Below, piece after piece: positions 1 through 9,400 of a stretch of 62,365 nt of DNA. The notes beneath the pieces were generated by a model. It was not told where the DNA came from. It did no database searches and was given only the letters and a program-made list of their open reading frames with translations. Position 1 is the stretch's first letter. Every line of letters starts with the position of its first letter. The stretch comes from Gammaproteobacteria bacterium. GTDB lineage: Bacteria > Pseudomonadota > Gammaproteobacteria > Arenicellales > Poriferihabitantaceae. The stretch lies in NCBI GenBank assembly GCA_030590945.1, contig JAUVBY010000003.1, positions 1 to 62,365 of the forward strand, in the 5' to 3' direction. A program made the translations under genes and the position numbers.

Positions 1-278
1 TGTTTTAAATCTGCAATTCTTACTGCCAGGTAGCTTGTCATGGCGCTGGCCATGGGTTCATTGTCAGCTTTAATTGCATGGTAGAGGTTAGAGGAAACGA
101 ACTCAGCTTTTTGCTCGCTTGTGGGTTCCTGGATCTGTTTTTCACCGATTGATACCCCGCTATCCATTTTTCTGTCCATATTATCGAGATAATCTGCGAG
201 CTTGGCGTCCAGGGCGACGTTTCGGTCGTATTCGATTTGGGCGATGCCGTTTAGGAGGATGGCGAGTTTGTAGCGCAT
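1..278 (-). CDS. hypothetical protein, 5' part only (ORF runs off the left edge)
   Basis: Hand translation of the minus strand from ATG 276-278 stays open to position 1 (MRYKLAILLNGIAQIEYDRNVALDAKLADYLDNMDRKMDSGV...). It is absent from the track because no stop lies in the window. No family recognised and no clear SD. Confidence 0.35.
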   Translation of the reverse strand, partial: MRYKLAILLNGIAQIEYDRNVALDAKLADYLDNMDRKMDSGVSIGEKQIQEPTSEQKAEFVSSNLYHAIKADNEPMASAMTSYLAVRIADLK

Positions 279-320
279 GGTTAAGGAGTAGAGTGTTTAA
301 ATATGGGGGATTTTCTGGTG

Positions 321-1157
321 TTAGTTATATCTATGTTCTTCGGCGGGGAAGCGTTGTTGTTTTACATCGTCCACATAAGCTTTGATTGCGCCGTGGATTC
401 CGTTTGGGTTACCCTGCAGGTAGTTTTTGACGAACTTGGCGGGTTTGCCGGGATACAGGCCCAGCAGGTCGTGCCAGACCAGGATTTGGCCGTCGGTGTC
501 GGCGCCCGCACCGATGCCGATTACGGGGATGTCCAGGGTTTCACTGACGTGTTTACCAAGGCTTTGGGGTACGCATTCAAGCAACAACAGATTGGCGCCG
601 GCTTCTTGTAATAATAGTGCTTCGTCGACAATTTTCTGTGCGTTTTCCGGGTCTCTGCCTTGTACGCGGTAGCCGCCTAGATGATTGACAGATTGCGGGG
701 TCAGGCCCATGTGGGCGCAGACGGGGATACCGTGCAGGGTTAGCAAACGCGTGGATTCAGCCAGCCAGGCGCCGCCTTCAAGTTTGACGATTTGGGCGCC
801 TTCGCGCATCAGGGTGGCGGCGCTTTCCAGAGTTTTCATTTCGGCATAATAAGACATAAAGGGCAGGTCAGCCATCAGCAGGGCGTTTTGTGAGCCGCGT
901 TTGGCACATTTAATGTGATAAGCCACGTCTGCAATGGTGACGGGCAGGCTGCTGTCGTGGCCCTGGATTACCATGCCGAGGGAGTCGCCGACCAGGATGA
1001 CATCAATGCCCGCGCTGGAGGCGGCGTGGGCGCTGCAGTAATCGTAGGCGGTCAGGCAGGTGAATTTTTCACCTTGCTGCTTCATTTTTTGCAGGGTGGT
1101 GATGGTGATGGATTTTGTTTGGGATTTTTGAGTGGACATGGTTATGGGTCGGGTCAT
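321..1157 (-). CDS. panB: 3-methyl-2-oxobutanoate hydroxymethyltransferase (ketopantoate hydroxymethyltransferase)
   Basis: 278-aa ORF with PanB hallmarks (FTCLTAYDY, ILVGDSLGMV, HMGLTPQSV). An alternative in-frame ATG lies at 1137-1139. Confidence 0.9.
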   Translation of the reverse strand: MTRPITMSTQKSQTKSITITTLQKMKQQGEKFTCLTAYDYCSAHAASSAGIDVILVGDSLGMVIQGHDSSLPVTIADVAYHIKCAKRGSQNALLMADLPFMSYYAEMKTLESAATLMREGAQIVKLEGGAWLAESTRLLTLHGIPVCAHMGLTPQSVNHLGGYRVQGRDPENAQKIVDEALLLQEAGANLLLLECVPQSLGKHVSETLDIPVIGIGAGADTDGQILVWHDLLGLYPGKPAKFVKNYLQGNPNGIHGAIKAYVDDVKQQRFPAEEHRYN

Positions 1158-1471
1158 ATGCCAGTAATAGCAAAGTCCAGGGCTGATACTATTTCATTTC
1201 GATGCTGGGCTAATGTCCCATCGAGCACTTTTAGAATAGATGTCGGAACAGAGGCGATTTGCGGAATGGCCAGAAGATAGATATTACCATTGTACTTTAT
1301 TTCCGGAGTTAAATTTTTCATGCCTTGCCTTATAAAGTTTTCTGGTAATGCCAGGGGCACAACTATTCTAGTTGCTATTTCCTCAAGTAAAGTATTTTGA
1401 ATATCTACAATAAAAGGGTAGGTTATTTTTGTTGCCGGGCTTGGATTTTTGTATACGTCAAATTGTGCCAC
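1154..1471 (-). CDS. ccdB: type II toxin CcdB (gyrase poison family)
   Basis: 105-aa ORF matching F-plasmid CcdB along its whole length by eye (QF.VY, VD.Q, V.PLA, ASVP.S, RNEI..A.DF...GI). The GTG start overlaps the ccdA stop (TAGTG). Its stop overlaps the panB ATG (ATGA at 1154-1157). Confidence 0.85.
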   Translation of the reverse strand: MAQFDVYKNPSPATKITYPFIVDIQNTLLEEIATRIVVPLALPENFIRQGMKNLTPEIKYNGNIYLLAIPQIASVPTSILKVLDGTLAQHRNEIVSALDFAITGI

Positions 1472-1716
1472 TAGAAGTGCCTATATTCATCGCCAAAGCA
1501 ACCATTGGCCTCAACAAAATTGTTATATTCTGTGATGGCATTTTTATTGTTGTTTTTCCATTTTTCCGCCTCAGTATTGGCGAGTGCAGATCTTAATGCC
1601 TGTTCCAGTGTCGCGGATAAGTTGATATCCAGGGCGCGAGATTTGTTTAGCAAATCGCTGTTTATGCTTAAGTTTGTGGCCTTTTTTGGGGCGTTATGAT
1701 TATAAAGTGCGTACAT
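1471..1716 (-). CDS. ccdA: type II antitoxin CcdA
   Basis: The C-terminus ...NGCFGDEYRHF resembles F CcdA ...NGSFADENRDW, and the size and position upstream of ccdB fit. I start it at ATG 1714-1716 (81 aa), not at the 128-aa track ORF, whose extension runs through a REP-like palindrome. Confidence 0.75.
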   Translation of the reverse strand: MYALYNHNAPKKATNLSINSDLLNKSRALDINLSATLEQALRSALANTEAEKWKNNNKNAITEYNNFVEANGCFGDEYRHF

Positions 1717-1795
1717 GAGCTTATCTCTGAAACTATCTATGCGCATTATTATGCGCATTGAATTGCGTATGGTCAAGCAGTCAGTGTGAAATACA

Positions 1796-1826
1796 GGTGG
1801 ATGCGCCTGTGGCTTATCCACCCTAC
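1796..1826. repeat. REP-like palindromic element (GGTGGATGCGCC-TG-TGGCTTATCCACCCTAC)
   Basis: Inverted repeat GGTGGAT...ATCCACC. The same ~31-nt sequence recurs reverse-complemented at 9764-9794, with one mismatch in the loop. Confidence 0.7.
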
Positions 1827-2073
1827 ACATTGACTCTACTGCATGACTGCGTAGCAACCTGCTGATATCACGACCACTGGTTTTGATAAGTGAAGCGTAT
1901 CCACAGACCTGGTCCTGGGTGTTGCGCTACGCCAATTTTTTCTTCATTGGACACTTTACGTCGAGGTGCGTGCCTGGCGGGGCTGAAGCCCCACTTCTTG
2001 TTCGTAAGCGGGGTTTTAACCCCTACAGTATGGTAAATTAGCCGCATTACAAAACCATTAAGAAGGAATCGTC

Positions 2074-2994
2074 ATGGAGTTATTTTCGTTAATTATTTTA
2101 GTATTTGCCATCGCCATCGTGGTGATGGGGGCCAAGATTGTGCCGCAGGGGCAGGAATTTACGGTTGAACGTCTGGGGCGTTATACGCATACCCTGGTGC
2201 CGGGGTTTCATGTGATTATCCCTGTTATCGATCGCCTTGGCGCCAAGCTCAATATGATGGAGCAGGTCAGTGATGTGCCGTCGCAGGATGTTATTACGCG
2301 TGATAATGCAATGGTGCAGGTTGATGGTGTGGTGTTTTTTCAGATCATTGATGCGGCCAAGGCGGCGTATGAAATAACCAACCTGGATCGGGCCATTTTG
2401 AACATGACCATGACCAATATTCGTACGGTAATGGGGTCTATGGATCTAGATGAACTGCTTTCCCAGCGCGAGAAAATTAATGCGTCCTTACTCTCTGTAG
2501 TGGATGAAGCGGCGCAGAACTGGGGGATTAAAATTACTCGTATCGAAATAAAAGACATCACACCTCCCCAGGACCTGGTGGAGTCTATGGCGCGTCAGAT
2601 GAAGGCGGAACGGGATAAACGCGCGACAATTCTGGAAGCTTCGGGTGAGCGAGAGGCAGAAATATTACGCGCAGAAGGCCAGAAGCAATCACAGATACTG
2701 GAAGCGGAAGGCGAGAAAGAAGCATCGTTTCGTGAGGCTGAGGCACGCGAGCGGTTAGCTGAAGCCGAAGCCAATGCAACGCGCATGGTCTCTGATGCGA
2801 TTGCCGCGGGTGACGTGAACGCGATCAACTACTTTATTGCGCAGAAATATACCGAGGCGCTTAAGGAAATTGGTACCTCAAACAACCAGAAGCTGCTGAT
2901 GCTGCCGATGGAAGCGACCAGCTTGATTGGCTCTTTGGCGGGCATTGCTGATGTGGTCAAGAGTGCCGCAGACAAGAGTTCGGATAAGTCTTGA
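2074..2994 (+). CDS. SPFH/band-7 (stomatin/QmcA-like) membrane protein
   Basis: 306 aa. N-terminal TM helix, SPFH core ([16 protein letters not shown]..., [25 protein letters not shown]) and an E/A/R-rich coiled-coil tail. Confidence 0.85.
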   Translation: MELFSLIILVFAIAIVVMGAKIVPQGQEFTVERLGRYTHTLVPGFHVIIPVIDRLGAKLNMMEQVSDVPSQDVITRDNAMVQVDGVVFFQIIDAAKAAYEITNLDRAILNMTMTNIRTVMGSMDLDELLSQREKINASLLSVVDEAAQNWGIKITRIEIKDITPPQDLVESMARQMKAERDKRATILEASGEREAEILRAEGQKQSQILEAEGEKEASFREAEARERLAEAEANATRMVSDAIAAGDVNAINYFIAQKYTEALKEIGTSNNQKLLMLPMEATSLIGSLAGIADVVKSAADKSSDKS

Positions 2995-3437
2995 TGTTTG
3001 GCATTGAAGCGATTGATTTCTGGCACTGGTGGGTGCTGGCGATTGTGTTATTCATACTCGAGATTTTCTCGCCTGCTGCTTTTTTTATCTGGATAGCCTT
3101 TGCAGCAGGCTTGATGGGCTTGTTACTGCTGGTCGGAGAATTTAGCTGGCAGGCGCAGTTTTTTACCTTCGCCGTGCTAAGTGTTGCGTGTGTTATAGCC
3201 GGTCGCACCTGGTTCAAGCGCAATCCGATTGCGACGGACGAGCCCAATCTCAATCGCCGTGGTCAATCGCTGGTCGGGCGAGTGTTTGAAGTTGAACAGG
3301 CTATCGTAGATGGTACGGGTCGGGTTCGCGTGGGTGATACGACCTGGAAGGTGCGCGGTCCGGATGCTGGAATAGGTAAGAAAGTTAAAGTCGTTGGGAT
3401 TGATTCAGCAGTGTTACGCGTAGAACCGGTCGAATAG
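2991..3437 (+). CDS. NfeD-family membrane protein (YbbJ-like partner of the SPFH protein)
   Basis: 148 aa. Hydrophobic N-half plus a C-terminal OB-like segment (GRVFEV...[17 protein letters not shown]). ATGA overlap with the upstream SPFH gene, the usual pairing. Confidence 0.8.
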   Translation: MMFGIEAIDFWHWWVLAIVLFILEIFSPAAFFIWIAFAAGLMGLLLLVGEFSWQAQFFTFAVLSVACVIAGRTWFKRNPIATDEPNLNRRGQSLVGRVFEVEQAIVDGTGRVRVGDTTWKVRGPDAGIGKKVKVVGIDSAVLRVEPVE

Positions 3438-3465
3438 AGACCGGCATAGAAAGAGCCGCTGCACT

Positions 3466-6400
3466 TTACAGGCAAATTATAACAATCCCGCTGTTCTGGG
3501 TGCGGATGGGAAGGCACATTGAGTCGTCTACTGGTTGGTTAATGGTATCGCAGGCATCACCGATACCATTACCATCGCTATCCAGCTGGTCGGCGTTAGG
3601 TGTATTGGGGCAATTATCCCCTTCATTCAAATAGTCGTCGTTGTCAATATCCGGGTCGCAAGTATCGCCCTCGCCATCCTGGTCGGTGTCTGTTTGTGAG
3701 GGGTTGGAATCCAACGGGCAGTTATCGACGTCATTCTCAATAGTATCGTTATCAATATCCATGTCACAGGTGTCGCCTTCACCATCCTGGTCGGTGTCCT
3801 TTTGTGCAAGGTTAGCGTCAAGCGGGCAGTTATCATCGCCGTCCAGTATGGTGTCGTCATCATCATCACTGTCGCAGACATCGCCTTCACCGTCAAAATC
3901 GGTGTCCAGTTGATTCGCATTGGAGATTAACGGGCAATTGTCCAGCGTGTCGATGCGGCCATCGCTATCGGTATCGTCATCATCATCGATGTTCGTCACG
4001 CTGATATTGGCTGGGTTGATTGTGTATAGCGGGTCAACACTACTACTTAGGTTTGTCAGGATGGTATAGGCGATGTTTCCATCGTCCAGATCATCATTTA
4101 CGCCGGTAACGGTAATGGTTTGCAGCTGATCCCAGTCATCTGGCGTGAAGTTCAGTAAGGCTTTGTCGATCGTACCCTCGGCGGTATTGCTGCTCAACAG
4201 CGTTAAGGTCACGCTGGCGGTCGGCTCAGAGTTGAGTCTGACGGTGAAGGTGTCGGTGCCGCCGACGGCTTCGGTGGTTTGCAGGCCGCTGAGCGGGGTG
4301 ATGGTAAAACCAGCGGTATCATTATCCTGGTTGGTGACGGATACGTTAGAAGGGTTGATCTCAGCATAATCACCGCCCGTAGCCGCCGCGGTGAGGATGA
4401 AATACGTCTGGTCGTTATCATCCGCATCGTCGTTCACGCCGGTGACGGTCACGGTTTGAACCTGATTCCAATTGCTTGTTGTGAAGTCCAGGGAAGTCTT
4501 ATCGATAGTGCCTTCGTTGGTGTTGCTGCTCGATAAGGTCAAAGTAACGTTAGCGGTGGGCTCAGAATTAAGTTTAACGGTAAAAGTGTCGGTACCCCCG
4601 GCTTCGGTCGTGACAAGGCCGCTAAGCGGAGTGATGGTAAATCCCGCGGTATCGTTGTCCTGGTTGGTAACGGACACGTCAGAGGGATTGATCCCAATGT
4701 AATCACCGCCCGTAGCAGCGCCCGTGATGATGGAATACGTCTGATTATTATCATCCACATCGTCGTTCACGCCGGTGATGGTGACGGTTTGAGCTTGATT
4801 CCAGTTTATTGTCGTAAAGTTCAGGAAAGTTTTGTCGATGGTGCCCTCCGCCGTATTGCTGCTCGACAGCGTCAAGGTCACACCGGCGGTGGGCTCAGAA
4901 TTTAGCTTGACGGTGAAGGTGTCGGTACCTTCGGCTTCGGTCGTGACAAGCCCGCTGAGCGGAGCGATGGTAAATCCCGCGGTATCATTGTCCTCGTTAG
5001 TAACAGACACGTCTGGCGGGTTGATTCCCACGTAATCACCGCCCGTAGCTGTCGCGGTGAGGATGGAATACGTCTGGTCGTTATCATCCACATCGTCGTC
5101 CACGCCGGTGACGGTCACGGTTTGAACCTGATTCCAATTGCTTGTGGTGAAATCCAGAGAAATCTTATCGATGGTGCCTTCGTTGGTGTTGCTGCTCGAC
5201 AGCGTCAAGGTCACGCTGGCAGTGGGCTCAGAATTTAGTTTGACGGTGAAGGTGTCGATACCTTCGGCTTCGGTCGTGACAAGGCCGGTGAGCGGGGTAA
5301 TGGTAAATCCCGCGGTATCGTTGTCCTGGTTTGTAACAGACACGTCTGAAGGGTTGATTCCCACGTAATCGCCACCGGTGGCGGCATTTGTGATGATGGA
5401 ATACGCCTGTTCGTTATCATCCACATCATCGTCCACGCCGGTGACAGTCACGGTCTGTGGTTGATTCCAATTCACTGTAGTGAAGTTCAGGGAGCCTTTA
5501 TCGACCGTTCCTTCGGCGGTATTGCTACTCAACAGCGTTAAGGTGACGTTGGCTGTGGGTTCAGAGTCGAGCTTAACGGTGAAGGTATCGCTGCCGCCAG
5601 ATTCAGTGGTCTCCAGGCCGCTAAGTGGACCAATAGTAATTCCCGGGGTATCGTTATTCTCATTGGTGACGGACACATCCGGTGGATTGACTCCCAGATA
5701 CCCGCCACCCGCAGCTGCTGCGGTGATGATGGAATACGTCTGGTTGGCATCGGCCACGTCGTCATCCACGCCGGTAATGGTTACAGTCTGCGGCAGATTC
5801 CAGTTTAGTATCGTGAAAACCAGGGAGGTTTTATCGATTGTGCCTTCACCGGTATTGCTGCTCGACAGCGCCAGGGTGACGTTGGCGGTGGGCTCAGTAT
5901 TAAGTTTAACGGTGAAGGTGTCGGTGCCGCCGTCCTCTGTGGTGCCAAGACCGGTAAGCGGGGTAATGGTAAAACCGACCGTATCGTTATCCTCATTGGA
6001 GACGGACACGTCTGGCGGATTGATCCCCAGGTAATCACCGCCTGTCGCTGCTGCGGTGATGATGACATACGTCTGATTGTTATCGGCTACATCGTCATCC
6101 ACGCCGGTAATGGTGACAGTCTGCGGCTGATTCCAGTTTGATGTCGTGAAAGCCAGGGAAGTCTTATCGATGATGCCTTCATCAATATTGCTACTCGATA
6201 ACGTCAACGTGACGCTGGCGGTGGGCTCAGAGTTAAGTTTGACGGTAAAGGTATCGCTACCCTCGGCTTCGGTCGTGACAAGACCGCTGAGCGGAGTGAT
6301 GGTAAATCCTGCAATATCGTTATCCTCATTAGTAACAGACACGTCTGGCGGATTAATTCCCAGATAATCACCACCCGTAGCAGCAGCCGTAATGATGGAA

Positions 6401-9400
6401 TACGTTTGGTTATTATCATCCACATCGTCGTCCACGCCGGTGACGGTCACGGTTTGCGGCTGGCTCCAGTTTGATGCCGTGAAATTCAAGGAGCCTTTAT
6501 CAATCGTACCTTCATCGGTATCGCTGCTCGCCAGCGTCAAGGTGACGCTGGCGGTCGGTTCGGAATTGAGCCTGACGGTGAAGCTGTCGGTGCCGCCAAT
6601 GGTTTCGGTGGTTTGCAGGCCGTTGAGCGGGATGATGGTGAACCCGGCAGCATCATCATCGATATTGTTCAGCGTTATATCGTCTGGGTTCAAACCGGCA
6701 TAATCCGGGTCGCCACTGCTCGCCGGGGCGGTGATGATGTGATACGTAACATCGCCATCGTCGAGATCATCGTTTTGACCAGTAACGGTCACAGTCTGTG
6801 CCTGGACCCAATTTGTTGATGTAAATGTGACGCTGGCCGGGCTAACCGTGCCTTCGCTTAAATCATCACTGCTCAGCGCTACCGTAACATTACTCGCGGG
6901 CTGGGTGGTGAGGCTCATATCAAACGTGGCATTGCCCATGCCCGCTTCTGTGGTGGTCAGGCCGCTGTTCGGCGTGACCTGTATTACCGGCGTTACAACA
7001 AAACTCGCAGATACGTTTTTATGTGTATCCATGGTAACGCTACACGTGCCCGTGCCGCTACAGCCCGCACCATTCCAGCCGGCAAAGGTAAACCCGGCTT
7101 GTGCGGCTGCGGTGAGTACGATGGTCGCATTATTACTGTACTGGCCATAACAGGCCTGCGGGCAATTAATCTGTGAAGGGCTTTGATCATCACTGATATC
7201 CCCGCCGACAAAATCATCATTAACCGTGAGGACTTTTTTACTGCTGCTGTCCGGGCTATAGAGTATCGCCATCTCCTCATTTAAACCGCCCGCTCGATTG
7301 GCGAATTCAATGCCACGTGAGCCATCCAGAAACTCGATGCCAGCCAGGGCATTGGCACCCTGGTTATATAAGGGATTGTCAAAGGTCGTATCCAGATACT
7401 GAACCACAATATCGTTCGTGCCTTCATATAGTATGGCCTGGAAGGTGACACTGCCGGTCGGGCCGCCTGACTGGATCTGATTAAAATGTTTGAGATCATG
7501 CCACTGGATTACCAAACGACGGTTGGGTGCGCTGCCCTCTAATTTGGAATACATCCCGCCGCTGCTAACGGCCGGATTCAGGTCATCCCAGAAGGGTGCG
7601 ATATAATTATTGGGTTCTGTGCTATCAGGAATTTCCAGAGCCTCATAAAAAGACAGCGGGTTTGAGGCGCCGAATTTGAGCATGCCGTTGGTATGAACCC
7701 AGACATCATTGTATACAGATCCGTAAAATTTAAAATCAAATTCGATGGGGATATTTACATCACCGTCATCCAGGTTTCCGGCATCGACGCCTCCCTGCAA
7801 TATATTTGTGCCATCACTGGCATCAGACCAGGCATAGGGATAGGTATTGCTCGCCGAATACGTCGGGATATTGATCACCGTCAGAGATCGTTGCAGGTTC
7901 AGGTCTGCGCTACCCGTATCGCTTGCGGTGATCGTCAAAATAGTCGTACCCTCGGTGGCCGGGTTCCAGTTGCCACTGTAGATGCCGTCTCCGGCAGTTA
8001 AATCGGGCGTTATACCGTTATCCAGCAAATTAAAATCCGGGTCGGCCGAGTCAGGCGAAACGCTCACGCTTGCGCCCGTTATCGCGATGCCGCAATCGGA
8101 TATTCTGAGCTGAAACAGAGTATTTTCGCCTACGATGGACGTGCTGTTTTCCTGCGGATAGGTAAGGTCCATAACCGGGTTACCTATCGAACACGAAAGC
8201 GCGCTGGATATGTTCAGGCGCCCCCCGCTTAGCGTGATGCCGTTCATCGATGCAAGCAGGTCTACGGTGCCAAGCAGTGTTTGCTTGACTTCAAGCATGC
8301 TTAAGTCCGGTTTAGCTGCCCATAAGAGTGCCGCCGCACCGGCCACATGGGGTGTTGCCATGGAAGTGCCGGTTTTAAGGCCGTAGCCATCGCCCGGTAT
8401 GGTGCTATAAATCGAGACGCCGGGTGCCGCGAGGTCAACCGAGGTCAGGCCGTAATTGGTTAAAGTGTAGGCGTCGTCGTTGTCGTCAGTGGCTGCAACG
8501 GCAATGATGCTGTCCAGCTCATAAGAAGACGGGTAATGCGCGACGGTATCATTGTTTGTGCCATCATTGCCTGCCGCTGCCGCAAATAATATCCCGGCAG
8601 ATTCGGTTAATTCGATGGCATCGTACAGGGATTGGCTAAACCCGCCGCCACCCCAGCTGGCGTTGCTTACTTTGATGTCCTGACCATGAAATTGCTTCAT
8701 ATTATAGACATAAGTGAGCAACTCGATTGCATCCGAGGTGTTTCCGGTACCGGATTGACTGAGGTATTTCAGCGCCATGATACTGACGTTCCAGTTCACT
8801 CCGCTAATGCCGATATTATTGTTGCCTACTGCGCCGATGGTGCCGGCAACGTGCGTGCCATGGCTGTTGTCATCCATCGGGTCGGAATCGCCGTTGAACG
8901 TATCGATGCCATACACGTCATCAATATACCCGTTATTGTCGTTATCGATGCCATCGTTACGGTGAGCAGGATTGGTGCTTTCACCCGGATTAACCCACAT
9001 ATTTGCGGCCAGATCCGGATGATCATACTGCACGCCGGTATCGATCACCGCGACAATAATATTTGAATCACCGGTGGTGGTGTCCCAGGCGATTGCAGCG
9101 TTAATATCGGCGCCTGCTGTACCGCCGGTTTGTCCGGTATTGTTTAAGCCGTAAAGAAAGCCGAAATTCGGGTCATTAGGCGTGGTGTCGATTGACAGAA
9201 GATAATCTGGTTCAGCATATTCAACCTGGCCCGAGGCTTCCAGTCGGACGATGGCTTCCGCAATAGAAAGGCTCGCATCGGTAATTTCTAATACCGAAAG
9301 ATCAAAACCATCCAGTGCAGAGGAGGAGGCTGCTGCGCGAAACCCGGACGGCCTTTTTTCAAAACGCATATTGCGTTTTATTTTTAGCCCAGGGATGCTA

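Noticed and set aside
1717-1857. N-terminal 47-codon extension of the ccdA ORF in the track (128 aa)
   Set aside because: The extension has no similarity to CcdA and runs through a REP-like palindrome. The ATG at 1714-1716 gives a protein of normal CcdA length.
2074-3437. SPFH/NfeD pair as a candidate novel system
   Set aside because: This is a widespread, well-known conserved gene pair (QmcA/YbbJ type) with the usual ATGA coupling, and nothing about it looks unusual here.
3973-6993. Regular tandem repeats that could be mistaken for a CRISPR-like or satellite array
   Set aside because: Units are 333 bp, contiguous without spacers, in frame, and translate into a conserved protein domain. This is not a CRISPR array.
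3627-9066. Many 60-190-aa ORFs on both strands inside the giant protease gene (e.g. 4145-4369, 4472-4702, 5480-6034, 8632-9066)
   Set aside because: They recur with the 333-nt period of the coding repeats and have low-complexity S/V/T/P-rich translations. They lie entirely within a 2062-codon ORF that has clear protease motifs, so they are shadow ORFs.
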